Shown: one piece after another, positions 12,620 through 25,739 of the stretch
Numbering within the stretch: position 1 is the stretch's first letter
Layout: every line of letters begins with the position of its first letter
Source: Balanoglossus misakiensis
Lineage: Eukaryota > Animalia > Hemichordata
Assembly: GCA_040954595.2 (NCBI GenBank)
Contig: CM082598.2
Coordinates: forward strand, 10,245,779 to 10,309,778
Direction: 5' to 3'
Length of the DNA stretch: 64,000 nucleotides
Notes under the pieces: model-generated
The model's input: only the letters and a program-made list of their open reading frames with translations
Databases searched by the model: none
Told to the model about the DNA's origin: nothing
Position numbers and translations under genes: made by a program

Positions 12620-15600
12620 TGCTATGAGCAATACTCCGTTGCGTTTACTGTCAGAGATGTATCTGCAACAACTCGATTTAATTCAGAAATTTGCGAAAAC
12701 AAAATGAATGATGCCAACATTGCGCTCCGAAAAATAGCAACATCTCATCCGACATTGTTACTCAGGTAAGCAAATAAGTATGTCCAATCACACCAAAGTA
12801 TTGCAAGCTGGGCATCTATGCAAGAATTCACAAAAGGTTATCATTCCTGAATTTGACTTGCAACAGTAGTTCGATAGTTAGCCAAATTTCACTGTAACAT
12901 GTCACTTGTGGTCAGTCTTGACTGGTGTAGCATGCTGGCCTGGTATGCCTTACCCATTCCAGACACCTGGTACCACCACTTAAAAGTGGTTCAAGATGAT
13001 CCTGTTGACATTATCATTCTTTCTCATATTTTTGGACATGGTAATTAGCTTACCTTGAATGATATTGATTATTGGACCTGATTTGATGCCCTATTTATCT
13101 CATTTTCAAATTTCAGACAAATGGCCATGATTTCAGCCGCTTTGAAAGGACGCGTTCATTTGACGTTTCCCGAGTTCTGATCTCGCCACCACCTTCTCTT
13201 CTCGCACATTCTCGGCTTATTGGAGTTGCTTCAACCGTACGTCTTCCAGCAGGATACAGAACTGCTACACACAACAATGACATCTTATTTCCACCTCATC
13301 AGGGTAAGAACTCACTACACAATTATATAGTCCTGTAGCCTTTTCATGGCCATCACAAACATTTTAACTATTAATGCTTTTGCTTAAACTATGACTGCAT
13401 TGATATACCAAGGGGAACCCCGGTAAAATGACTGAGTAACCACGGTAACATTTACCTTGGTACCGCACAGTATGCATATGAGTACAATGTATGTGTGTTA
13501 ACGTAGTTGGAAAGGCTATTTTTGAAGCAAATTCTCTCAATGTTTGTGAATTTATTTTCACAAGTTAGAATAAAGACAATGACTTGAAATTTGCAGCATG
13601 TATTCTTAACAAACTAAAAAGTGAGGGAAAAATATGACTGTAAAAATATCTGCTAAAATTATGAAATTTGATATGCCTAAATATAAATATTCATAATTTT
13701 ACAAAATATTGATTGAATCTTGACATGTTTTCACAAATGATTGAATAATTTGTATTCATTTTAATATTAAGCAACCCCTCAAGCAATGTACGGGACATTT
13801 TCAGCATAAACTTATTTTTTTCAAAGTTATCACTCAGGAAAACACAGTTTTTGTTGATATTTTGTAAACAACTTTAACGTGCTGCCAAAACACAACGGGA
13901 AAACTTATGAAAAAACTGTCCCGTAAAATTGTTCTTTGGGATGTCCCGAGCCTTTCCTGAAAGTTTCATGATAAAAAAAATATCTGGCATACCAATTCAA
14001 TCACAAATAAAAACCATTACATTATGGCGAAGGGCAGAAAAGTAGCGAAATACGCAAAGTTTAGCGGCAGTTCACGGCGAAGGATCGCATTTATCTGGGT
14101 CAAATGCTTCTCCGCTGGCCTTTTGGGTTCCCTAGAAATGCAAAAATGTCCATAATTTGGCAGCCTTTAATAAACAAGCAAGGTTATCTATCGCTGAAAA
14201 TTGCAAGAATCAGTGTTGCAAGTTACATTTAAATGCCCTTGGCTAGGGGAACCCGTCCTTGTGTGCATAGCCTAGGAGAAGTCTTCCCCTAGAGGGCGCT
14301 CAAAGAAGGCTCCCTAGCTTCCTTGCCAGATGTATGAAATTAGGTATCATAAAGCCAGCCATATCTTGTTACACGTTTATTGCCCCGAATTTTTCATGAG
14401 TTTAATTTTTCTCTAATACATTTCTAGATATAAATTCGGTGTTTTTAAATGAAATTTTAACTGACGCCCTAGCCTTTCCAACTACCTTAATGTATATGCA
14501 TCGTGTATGCCTATCCGTAAACTCATTTAAATGGACCACCATGTTGTACCATACTGTTGAAAAAGGCAGCTACATGTATTGGAGCTTTAGTAATAATTGA
14601 AATACATGTAATGTGGAACAATTCTTCCTTTTCGTATACTGATTACCGCTTACTCCATGTTTACATAGTGATCTGTGTAACTACTACCCTGACCTGCCAG
14701 CGTCGCACTGCCCAGCAGAAGTGCCAAGGATTCCCAGGCCAATGTCACAATGGCAACCCAGGTCTCAAGGGGGTCAAGCATGGGTGCATTCAATGGTATG
14801 GCCTCCTCATCGACCTCGGCCCACTGGTCAAAGTAGGACGTCACACCACTCAAAATGAAGCTGGGTTCCGACAGTAGTCTTGAAGGTGAATTTTTCATTC
14901 CTTATTTTTGCAGAACATGTATTTAATGCACTTGTCACTATTGCAAAAAGTAAGCGTTCACAAAATTTATGTCCAAATGTGCAAGAATCCTGTGTTTGAG
15001 TCAAGCTGAATAGCCAGAATACATGTCAAACATAAGTCTACCACAGGGCGCCCTACATGTCATCTGATAATTCTATGGAGATTCAACCTCATTGCTGGAT
15101 ATGCCATGGGCACTCAAGTGAAAAAGTTTGTAAAGGCTGCCGACAAGCACTATTACGTACTCAACCCAGTCTATTGTCTCATTTTGATCATCGACGAATG
15201 GTATGACTTGCAACAGACATAATTATTAATGAGTATGAATTTTAATAAGCAATCTGTACTCTTATCTGGGCAGAATCCTGAGCCTGCAAACCAGATTAAA
15301 TTTGACAGAAACTACATCAAAGTCGGTGCAGATTTGAGAGGTTGTTGTTGTCTGTTTTTTTACAGAGATACTTGAAGGGCTTCAAGAATTGGACGACATT
15401 TCCAAACGGAAAGTGGATATCTTGCATTATTTCACGGTAAGTTTACTCTGAAGTTTTGTCACTTTCACAGCCAAGACTTGGTTCAGTTCCAAAGCTTGAG
15501 TGATTCGGGCATTGCTTGAAGACCTGCATAAGTGTCATTTGAGAGTTCTGAATTCAACAAAACCACTAACCAAAGTTTTCCTTAGAAACTAGGAATATTG

Positions 15601-15875
15601 TAAGTGAAATTCAATTGAATCATGTGGCTGTCGAACATTGGTCCCAACAATAACGACAAACACAATACGATAGAATTTTTACTCAATGACTTTCTGGCCT
15701 CATTTTCGCATCGTCTTGGAAGGGCAAATGAAAAAGGCATATCGATTATTGGTACTCCACTTATTAGACTTTCCACTGTTTGTCAACAGCACTGCCAAGG
15801 AACTCCTGCCAGCCATCATTGATTGTCTGGATAGTAGTGCCCAGAGTGTCGTCAATGTAGCTTTACAACATCTAC
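12620..15875 (+). pseudogene. INTS1: INTS1 cassette with exon A-B fusion deletion (~477 bp) and a transposon in the C-D intron
   Basis: ATTCAGA|AATTTGCGAAAAC near 12687 joins mid-exon A to mid-exon B. The element lies at 13502-14486. Confidence 0.86.
13502..14486. mobile_element. 985-bp non-autonomous TIR DNA transposon with TTAA target duplication, probably Kolobok superfamily
   Basis: TTAA|CGTAGTTGGAAAGGCTA ... TAGCCTTTCCAACTACC|TTAA: a 17-bp TIR with only the first base mismatched. Sister units carry a single TTAA at this site. There is no transposase ORF. A TTAA TSD with a GG..CC terminus fits Kolobok better than piggyBac (CC..GG). Confidence 0.88.
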
Positions 15876-16809
15876 GCAAAACAAAACTCTTTTTTTTGGC
15901 CTAACTTAATATATTTGTTTATTTCAGTGCTATGAGCAATACTCCGTTGCGTTTACTGTCAGAGATGTATCTGCAACAACTCGATTTAATTCAGAAATTT
16001 GCGAAAACAAAATGAATGATGCCAACATTGCGCTCCGAAAAATAGCAACATCTCATCCGACATTGTTACTCAGGTAAGCAAATAAGTATGTCCAATCACA
16101 CCAAAGTATTGCAAGCTGGGCATCTATGCAAGAATTCACAAAAGGTTATCATTCCTGAATTTGACTTGCAACAGTAGTTCGATAGTTAGCCAAATTTCAC
16201 TGTAACATGTCACTTGTGGTCAGTCTTGACTGGTGTAGCATGCTGGCCTGGTATGCCTTACCCATTCCAGACACCTGGTACCACCACTTAAAAGTGGTTC
16301 AAGATGATCCTGTTGACATTATCATTCTTTCTCATATTTTTGGACATGGTAATTAGCTTACCTTGAATGATATTGATTATTGGACCTGATTTGATGCCCT
16401 ATTTATCTCATTTTCAAATTTCAGACAAATGGCCATGATTTCAGCCGCTTTGAAAGGACGCGTTCATTTGACGTTTCCCGAGTTCTGATCTCGCCACCAC
16501 CTTCTCTTCTCGCACATTCTCGGCTTATTGGAGTTGCTTCAACCGTACGTCTTCCAGCAGGATACAGAACTGCTACACACAACAATGACATCTTATTTCC
16601 ACCTCATCAGGGTAAGAACTCACTACACAATTATATAGTCCTGTAGCCTTTTCATGGCCATCACAAACATTTTAACTATTAATGCTTTTGCTTAAACTAT
16701 GACTGCATTGATATACCAAGGGGAACCCCGGTAAAATGACTGAGTAACCACGGTAACATTTACCTTGGTACCGCACAGTATGCATATGAGTACAATGTAT
16801 GTGTGTTAA

Positions 16810-17794
16810 CGTAGTTGGAAAGGCTATTTTTGAAGCAAATTCTCTCAATGTTTGTGAATTTATTTTCACAAGTTAGAATAAAGACAATGACTTGAAATTT
16901 GCAGCATGTATTCTTAACAAACTAAAAAGTGAGGGAAAAATATGACTGTAAAAATATCTGCTAAAATTATGAAATTTGATATGCCTAAATATAAATATTC
17001 ATAATTTTACAAAATATTGATTGAATCTTGACATGTTTTCACAAATGATTGAATAATTTGTATTCATTTTAATATTAAGCAACCCCTCAAGCAATGTACG
17101 GGACATTTTCAGCATAAACTTATTTTTTTCAAAGTTATCACTCAGGAAAACACAGTTTTTGTTGATATTTTGTAAACAACTTTAACGTGCTGCCAAAACA
17201 CAACGGGAAAACTTATGAAAAAACTGTCCCGTAAAATTGTTCTTTGGGATGTCCCGAGCCTTTCCTGAAAGTTTCATGATAAAAAAAATATCTGGCATAC
17301 CAATTCAATCACAAATAAAAACCATTACATTATGGCGAAGGGCAGAAAAGTAGCGAAATACGCAAAGTTTAGCGGCAGTTCACGGCGAAGGATCGCATTT
17401 ATCTGGGTCAAATGCTTCTCCGCTGGCCTTTTGGGTTCCCTAGAAATGCAAAAATGTCCATAATTTGGCAGCCTTTAATAAACAAGCAAGGTTATCTATC
17501 GCTGAAAATTGCAAGAATCAGTGTTGCAAGTTACATTTAAATGCCCTTGGCTAGGGGAACCCGTCCTTGTGTGCATAGCCTAGGAGAAGTCTTCCCCTAG
17601 AGGGCGCTCAAAGAAGGCTCCCTAGCTTCCTTGCCAGATGTATGAAATTAGGTATCATAAAGCCAGCCATATCTTGTTACACGTTTATTGCCCCGAATTT
17701 TTCATGAGTTTAATTTTTCTCTAATACATTTCTAGATATAAATTCGGTGTTTTTAAATGAAATTTTAACTGACGCCCTAGCCTTTCCAACTACC
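16810..17794. mobile_element. Second copy of the 985-bp TTAA element
   Basis: Same TIRs, TSD and insertion site as copy 1, offset +3308. Confidence 0.88.
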
Positions 17795-18382
17795 TTAATG
17801 TATATGCATCGTGTATGCCTATCCGTAAACTCATTTAAATGGACCACCATGTTGTACCATACTGTTGAAAAAGGCAGCTACATGTATTGGAGCTTTAGTA
17901 ATAATTGAAATACATGTAATGTGGAACAATTCTTCCTTTTCGTATACTGATTACCGCTTACTCCATGTTTACATAGTGATCTGTGTAACTACTACCCTGA
18001 CCTGCCAGCGTCGCACTGCCCAGCAGAAGTGCCAAGGATTCCCAGGCCAATGTCACTATGGCAACCCAGGTCTCAAGGGGGTCAAGCATGGGTGCATTCA
18101 ATGGTATGGCCTCCTCATCGACCTCGGCCCACTGGTCAAAGTAGGACGTCACACCACTCAAAATGAAGCTGGGTTCCGACAGTAGTCTTGAAGGTGAATT
18201 TTTCATTCCTTATTTTTGCAGAACATGTATTTAATGCACTTGTCACTATTGCAAAAAGTAAGCGTTCACAAAATTTATGTCCAAATGTGCAAGAATCCTG
18301 TGTTTGAGTCAAGCTGAATAGCCAGAATACATGTCAAACATAAGTCTACCACAGGGCGCCCTACATGTCATCTGAGAAGCGT

Positions 18383-18727
18383 AAAAATGTCCATAATTTG
18401 GCAGCCTTTAATAAACAAGCAAGGTTATCTATCGCTGAAAATTGCAAGAATCAGTGTTGCAAGTTACATTTAAATGCCCTTGGCTAGGGGAACCCGTCCT
18501 TGTGTGCATAGCCTAGGAGAAGTCTTCCCCTAGAGGGCGCTCAAAGAAGGCTCCCTAGCTTCCTTGCCAGATGTATGAAATTAGGTATCATAAAGCCAGC
18601 CATATCTTGTTACACGTTTATTGCCCCGAATTTTTCATGAGTTTAATTTTTCTCTAATACATTTCTAGATATAAATTCGGTGTTTTTAAATGAAATTTTA
18701 ACTGACGCCCTAGCCTTTCCAACTACC
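18383..18727. mobile_element. Left-truncated copy (right ~345 bp) of the TTAA element
   Basis: AAAAATGTCCATAATTTGG through the right TIR and TTAA, joined to array sequence via GAAGCGT at 18376-18382. Confidence 0.85.
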
Positions 18728-20168
18728 TTAATGTATATGCATCGTGTATGCCTATCCGTAAACTCATTTAAATGGACCACCATGTTGTACCATACTGTTG
18801 AAAAAGGCAGCTACATGTATTGGAGCTTTAGTAATAATTGAAATACATGTAATGTGGAACAATTCTTCCTTTTCGTATACTGATTACCGCTTACTCCATG
18901 TTTACATAGTGATCTGTGTAACTACTACCCTGACCTGCCAGCGTCGCACTGCCCAGCAGAAGTGCCAAGGATTCCCAGGCCAATGTCACTATGGCAACCC
19001 AGGTCTCAAGGGGGTCAAGCATGGGTGCATTCAATGGTATGGCCTCCTCATCGACCTCGGCCCACTGGTCAAAGTAGGACGTCACACCACTCAAAATGAA
19101 GCTGGGTTCCGACAGTAGTCTTGAAGGTGAATTTTTCATTCCTTATTTTTGCAGAACATGTATTTAATGCACTTGTCACTATTGCAAAAAGTAAGCGTTC
19201 ACAAAATTTATGTCCAAATGTGCAAGAATCCTGTGTTTGAGTCAAGCTGAATAGCCAGAATACATGTCAAACATAAGTCTACCACAGGGCGCCCTACATG
19301 TCATCTGATAATTCTATGGAGATTCAACCTCATTGCTGGATATGCCATGGGCACTCAAGTGAAAAAGTTTGTAAAGGCTGCCGACAAGCACTATTACGTA
19401 CTCAACCCAGTCTATTGTCTCATTTTGATCATCGACGAATGGTATGACTTGCAACAGACATAATTATTAATGAGTATGAATTTTAATAAGCAATCTGTAC
19501 TCTTATCTGGGCAGAATCCTGAGCCTGCAAACCAGATTAAATTTGACAGAAACTACATCAAAGTCGGTGCAGATTTGAGAGGTTGTTGTTGTCTGTTTTT
19601 TTACAGAGATACTTGAAGGGCTTCAAGAATTGGACGACATTTCCAAACGGAAAGTGGATATCTTGCATTATTTCACGGTAAGTTTACTCTGAAGTTTTGT
19701 CACTTTCACAGCCAAGACTTGGTTCAGTTCCAAAGCTTGAGTGATTCGGGCATTGCTTGAAGACCTGCATAAGTGTCATTTGAGAGTTCTGAATTCAACA
19801 AAACCACTAACCAAAGTTTTCCTTAGAAACTAGGAATATTGTAAGTGAAATTCAATTGAATCATGTGGCTGTCGAACATTGGTCCCAACAATAACGACAA
19901 ACACAATACGATAGAATTTTTACTCAATGACTTTCTGGCCTCATTTTCGCATCGTCTTGGAAGGGCAAATGAAAAAGGCATATCGATTATTGGTACTCCA
20001 CTTATTAGACTTTCCACTGTTTGTCAACAGCACTGCCAAGGAACTCCTGCCAGCCATCATTGATTGTCTGGATAGTAGTGCCCAGAGTGTCGTCAATGTA
20101 GCTTTACAACATCTACGCAAAACAAAACTCTTTTTTTTGGCCTAACTTAATATATTTGTTTATTTCAG

Positions 20169-23100
20169 TGCTATGAGCAATACTCCGTTGCGTTTACTGT
20201 CAGAGATGTATCTGCAACAACTCGATTTAATTCAGAAATTTGCGAAAACAAAATGAATGATGCCAACATTGCGCTCCGAAAAATAGCAACATCTCATCCG
20301 ACATTGTTACTCAGGTAAGCAAATAAGTATGTCCAATCACACCAAAGTATTGCAAGCTGGGCATCTATGCAAGAATTCACAAAAGGTTATCATTCCTGAA
20401 TTTGACTTGCAACAGTAGTTCGATAGTTAGCCAAATTTCACTGTAACATGTCACTTGTGGTCAGTCTTGACTGGTGTAGCATGCTGGCCTGGTATGCCTT
20501 ACCCATTCCAGACACCTGGTACCACCACTTAAAAGTGGTTCAAGATGATCCTGTTGACATTATCATTCTTTCTCATATTTTTGGACATGGTAATTAGCTT
20601 ACCTTGAATGATATTGATTATTGGACCTGATTTGATGCCCTATTTATCTCATTTTCAAATTTCAGACAAATGGCCATGATTTCAGCCGCTTTGAAAGGAC
20701 GCGTTCATTTGACGTTTCCCGAGTTCTGATCTCGCCACCACCTTCTCTTCTCGCACATTCTCGGCTTATTGGAGTTGCTTCAACCGTACGTCTTCCAGCA
20801 GGATACAGAACTGCTACACACAACAATGACATCTTATTTCCACCTCATCAGGGTAAGAACTCACTACACAATTATATAGTCCTGTAGCCTTTTCATGGCC
20901 ATCACAAACATTTTAACTATTAATGCTTTTGCTTAAACTATGACTGCATTGATATACCAAGGGGAACCCCGGTAAAATGACTGAGTAACCACGGTAACAT
21001 TTACCTTGGTACCGCACAGTATGCATATGAGTACAATGTATGTGTGTTAACGTAGTTGGAAAGGCTATTTTTGAAGCAAATTCTCTCAATGTTTGTGAAT
21101 TTATTTTCACAAGTTAGAATAAAGACAATGACTTGAAATTTGCAGCATGTATTCTTAACAAACTAAAAAGTGAGGGAAAAATATGACTGTAAAAATATCT
21201 GCTAAAATTATGAAATTTGATATGCCTAAATATAAATATTCATAATTTTACAAAATATTGATTGAATCTTGACATGTTTTCACAAATGATTGAATAATTT
21301 GTATTCATTTTAATATTAAGCAACCCCTCAAGCAATGTACGGGACATTTTCAGCATAAACTTATTTTTTTCAAAGTTATCACTCAGGAAAACACAGTTTT
21401 TGTTGATATTTTGTAAACAACTTTAACGTGCTGCCAAAACACAACGGGAAAACTTATGAAAAAACTGTCCCGTAAAATTGTTCTTTGGGATGTCCCGAGC
21501 CTTTCCTGAAAGTTTCATGATAAAAAAAATATCTGGCATACCAATTCAATCACAAATAAAAACCATTACATTATGGCGAAGGGCAGAAAAGTAGCGAAAT
21601 ACGCAAAGTTTAGCGGCAGTTCACGGCGAAGGATCGCATTTATCTGGGTCAAATGCTTCTCCGCTGGCCTTTTGGGTTCCCTAGAAATGCAAAAATGTCC
21701 ATAATTTGGCAGCCTTTAATAAACAAGCAAGGTTATCTATCGCTGAAAATTGCAAGAATCAGTGTTGCAAGTTACATTTAAATGCCCTTGGCTAGGGGAA
21801 CCCGTCCTTGTGTGCATAGCCTAGGAGAAGTCTTCCCCTAGAGGGCGCTCAAAGAAGGCTCCCTAGCTTCCTTGCCAGATGTATGAAATTAGGTATCATA
21901 AAGCCAGCCATATCTTGTTACACGTTTATTGCCCCGAATTTTTCATGAGTTTAATTTTTCTCTAATACATTTCTAGATATAAATTCGGTGTTTTTAAATG
22001 AAATTTTAACTGACGCCCTAGCCTTTCCAACTACCTTAATGTATATGCATCGTGTATGCCTATCCGTAAACTCATTTAAATGGACCACCATGTTGTACCA
22101 TACTGTTGAAAAAGGCAGCTACATGTATTGGAGCTTTAGTAATAATTGAAATACATGTAATGTGGAACAATTCTTCCTTTTCGTATACTGATTACCGCTT
22201 ACTCCATGTTTACATAGTGATCTGTGTAACTACTACCCTGACCTGCCAGCGTCGCACTGCCCAGCAGAAGTGCCAAGGATTCCCAGGCCAATGTCACTAT
22301 GGCAACCCAGGTCTCAAGGGGGTCAAGCATGGGTGCATTCAATGGTATGGCCTCCTCATCGACCTCGGCCCACTGGTCAAAGTAGGACGTCACACCACTC
22401 AAAATGAAGCTGGGTTCCGACAGTAGTCTTGAAGGTGAATTTTTCATTCCTTATTTTTGCAGAACATGTATTTAATGCACTTGTCACTATTGCAAAAAGT
22501 AAGCGTTCACAAAATTTATGTCCAAATGTGCAAGAATCCTGTGTTTGAGTCAAGCTGAATAGCCAGAATACATGTCAAACATAAGTCTACCACAGGGCGC
22601 CCTACATGTCATCTGATAATTCTATGGAGATTCAACCTCATTGCTGGATATGCCATGGGCACTCAAGTGAAAAAGTTTGTAAAGGCTGCCGACAAGCACT
22701 ATTACGTACTCAACCCAGTCTATTGTCTCATTTTGATCATCGACGAATGGTATGACTTGCAACAGACATAATTATTAATGAGTATGAATTTTAATAAGCA
22801 ATCTGTACTCTTATCTGGGCAGAATCCTGAGCCTGCAAACCAGATTAAATTTGACAGAAACTACATCAAAGTCGGTGCAGATTTGAGAGGTGGTTGTTGT
22901 CTGTTTTTTTACAGAGATACTTGAAGGGCTTCAAGAATTGGACGACATTTCCAAACGGAAAGTGGATATCTTGCATTATTTCACGGTAAGTTTACTCTGA
23001 AGTTTTGTCACTTTCACAGCCAAGACTTGGTTCAGTTCCAAAGCTTGAGTGATTCGGGCATTGCTTGAAGACCTGCATAAGTGTCATTTGAGAGTTCTGA

Positions 23101-23424
23101 ATTCAACAAAACCACTAACCAAAGTTTTCCTTAGAAACTAGGAATATTGTAAGTGAAATTCAATTGAATCATGTGGCTGTCGAACATTGGTCCCAACAAT
23201 AACGACAAACACAATACGATAGAATTTTTACTCAATGACTTTCTGGCCTCATTTTCGCATCGTCTTGGAAGGGCAAATGAAAAAGGCATATCGATTATTG
23301 GTACTCCACTTATTAGACTTTCCACTGTTTGTCAACAGCACTGCCAAGGAACTCCTGCCAGCCATCATTGATTGTCTGGATAGTAGTGCCCAGAGTGTCG
23401 TCAATGTAGCTTTACAACATCTAC
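20169..23424 (+). pseudogene. INTS1: INTS1 cassette with A-B fusion and transposon
   Basis: Third 3308-bp type unit. Confidence 0.86.
21051..22035. mobile_element. Third full copy of the 985-bp TTAA element
   Basis: Same TIRs, TSD and insertion site. Confidence 0.88.
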
Positions 23425-23478
23425 GCAAAACAAAACCCTTTTTTTTTTGGCCTATCTTAATATATTTGTTTATTTCAG

Positions 23479-25685
23479 TGCTATGAGCAATACTCCGTTG
23501 CGTATACTGTCAGAGATGTATCTGCAACAACTCGATTTAATTCAGAAATTTGCGAAAACAAAATGAATGATGCCAACATTGCGCTCCGAAAAATAGCAAC
23601 ATCTCATCCGACATTGTTACTCAGGTAAGCAAATAAGTATGTCCAATCACACCAAAGTATTGCAAGCTGGGCATCTATGCAAGAATTCACAAAAGGTTAT
23701 CATTCCTGAATTTGACTTGCAACAGTAGTTCGATAGTTAGCCAAATTTCACTGTAACATGTCATTTGTGGTCAGTCTTGACTGGTGTAGCATGCTGGCCT
23801 GGTATGCCTTACCCATTCCAGACACCTGGTACCACCACTTAAAAGTGGTTCAAGATGATCCTGTTGACATTATCATTCTTTCTCATATTTTTGGACATGG
23901 TAATTAGCTTACCTTGAATGATATTGATTATTGGACCTGATTTGATGCCCTATTTATCTCATTTTCAAATTTCAGACAAATGGCCATGATTTCAGCCGCT
24001 TTGAAAGGACGCGTTCATTTGACGTTTCCCGAGTTCTGATCTCGCCACCACCTTCTCTTCTTCTCGCACATTCTCGGCTTTTTCAACCTCATCAGGGTAA
24101 GAACTCACTACACAATTACCGGGCTATAGTCCTGTAGCCTTTTCACGGCCATCACAAACATTTTAACTATTAACGCTTTTGCTTAAATTATGACTGCATT
24201 GATATACCAAGGGGAACCCCGGTAAAATGACTGAGTAACCACGGTAACATTTACCTTGGTACCGCACAGTATGCATATGAGTACAATGTATGTGTGTTAA
24301 TGTATATGCATCGTGTATGCCTATCCGTAAACTCATTTAAATGGACCACCATGTTGTACCATACTGTTGAAAAAGGCAGCTACATGTATTGGAGCTTTAG
24401 TAATAATTGAAATACATGTAATGTGGAACAATTCTTCCTTTTCGTATACTGATTACCGCTTACTCCATGTTTACATAGTGATCTGTGTAACTACTACCCT
24501 GACCTGCCTGCGTCGCACTGCCCAGCAGAAGTGCCAAGGATTCCCAGGCCAATGTCACTATGGCAACCCAGGTCTCAAGGGGGTCAAGCATGGGTGCATT
24601 CAATGGTATGGCCTCCTCATCGACCTCGGCCCACTGGTCAAAGTAGGACGTCACACCACTCAAAATGAAACTGGGTTCCGACAGTAGTCTTGAAGGTGAA
24701 TTTTTCATTCCTTATTTTTGCAGAACATGTATTTAATGCACTTGTCACTATTGCAAAAAGTAAGCGTTCACAAAATTTATGTCCAAATGTGCAAGAATCC
24801 TGTGTTTGAGTCAAGCTGAATAGCCAGAATACATGTCAAACATAAGTCTACCACAGGGCGCCCTACATGTCATCTGATAATTCTATGGAGATTCAACCTC
24901 ATTGCTGGATATGCCATGGGCACTCAAGTGAAAAAGTTTGTAAAGGCTGCCGACAAGCACTATTACGTACTCAACCCAGTCTATTGTCTCATTTTGATCA
25001 TCGACGAATGGTATGACTTGCAACAGACATAATTATTAATGAGTATGAATTTTAATAAGCAATCTGTACTCTTATCTGGGCAGAATCCTGAGCCTGCAAA
25101 CCAGATTAAATTTGACAGAAACTACATCAAAGTCGGTGCAGATTTGAGAGGTTGTTGTTGTCTGTTTTTTTACAGAGATACTTGAAGGGCTTCAAGAATT
25201 GGACGACATTTCCAAACGGAAAGTGGATATCTTGCATTATTTCACGGTAAGTTTACTCTGAAGTTTTGTCACTTTCACAGCCAAGACTTGGTTCAGTTCC
25301 AAAGCTTGAGTGACTTGGGCATTGCTTGAAGACCTGCATAAGTGTCATTTGAGAGTTCTGAATTCAACAAAACCACTAACCAAAGTTTTCCTTAGAAACT
25401 AGGAATATTGTAAGTGAAATTCAATTGAATCATCTGGCTGTCGAACATTGGTCCCAACAATAACGACAAACACAATACGATAGAATTTTTACTCAATGAC
25501 TTTCTGGCCTCATTTTCGCATCGTCTTGGAAGGGCAAATGAAAAAGGCATATCGATTATTGGTACTCCTCTTATTAGACTTTCCACTGTTTGTCAACAGC
25601 ACTGCCAAGGAACTCCTGCCAGCCATCATTGATTGTCTGGATAGTAGTGCCCAGAGTGTCGTCAATGTAGCTTTACAACATCTAC
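23479..25685 (+). pseudogene. INTS1: INTS1 cassette with A-B fusion and a ~69-bp deletion in exon C, no transposon
   Basis: CTCGGCTT|TTTCAACCTC near 24080; empty TTAA site at 24297-24300. Confidence 0.85.
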
Positions 25686-25739
25686 GCAAAACAAAACCCT
25701 TTTTTTTTTGGCCTAACTTAATATATTTGTTTATTTCAG

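Larger units (their letters stand above)
15928..20116 (+). pseudogene. INTS1: INTS1 cassette with A-B fusion, transposon and a 933-bp duplication that includes exon D
   Basis: As the previous copy. Exon D occurs twice (ORF-track hits at 17865 and 18798). Confidence 0.85.

Noticed and set aside
14105-14127. TGCTTCTCCGCTGGCCTTTTGGG resembles the 5' end of U2 snRNA, tempting given tandem snRNA arrays and Integrator
   Set aside because: The match is short and gapped. There is no GTAGTA branch-recognition sequence or downstream U2 body, and I recognised no snRNA, tRNA or 5S gene in the unit.
13502-14486. piggyBac assignment for the TTAA element
   Set aside because: The right terminus is ..CC-TTAA, so the TIR starts GG, not the piggyBac CC..GG pattern. 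Kolobok is preferred but unproven without a transposase.
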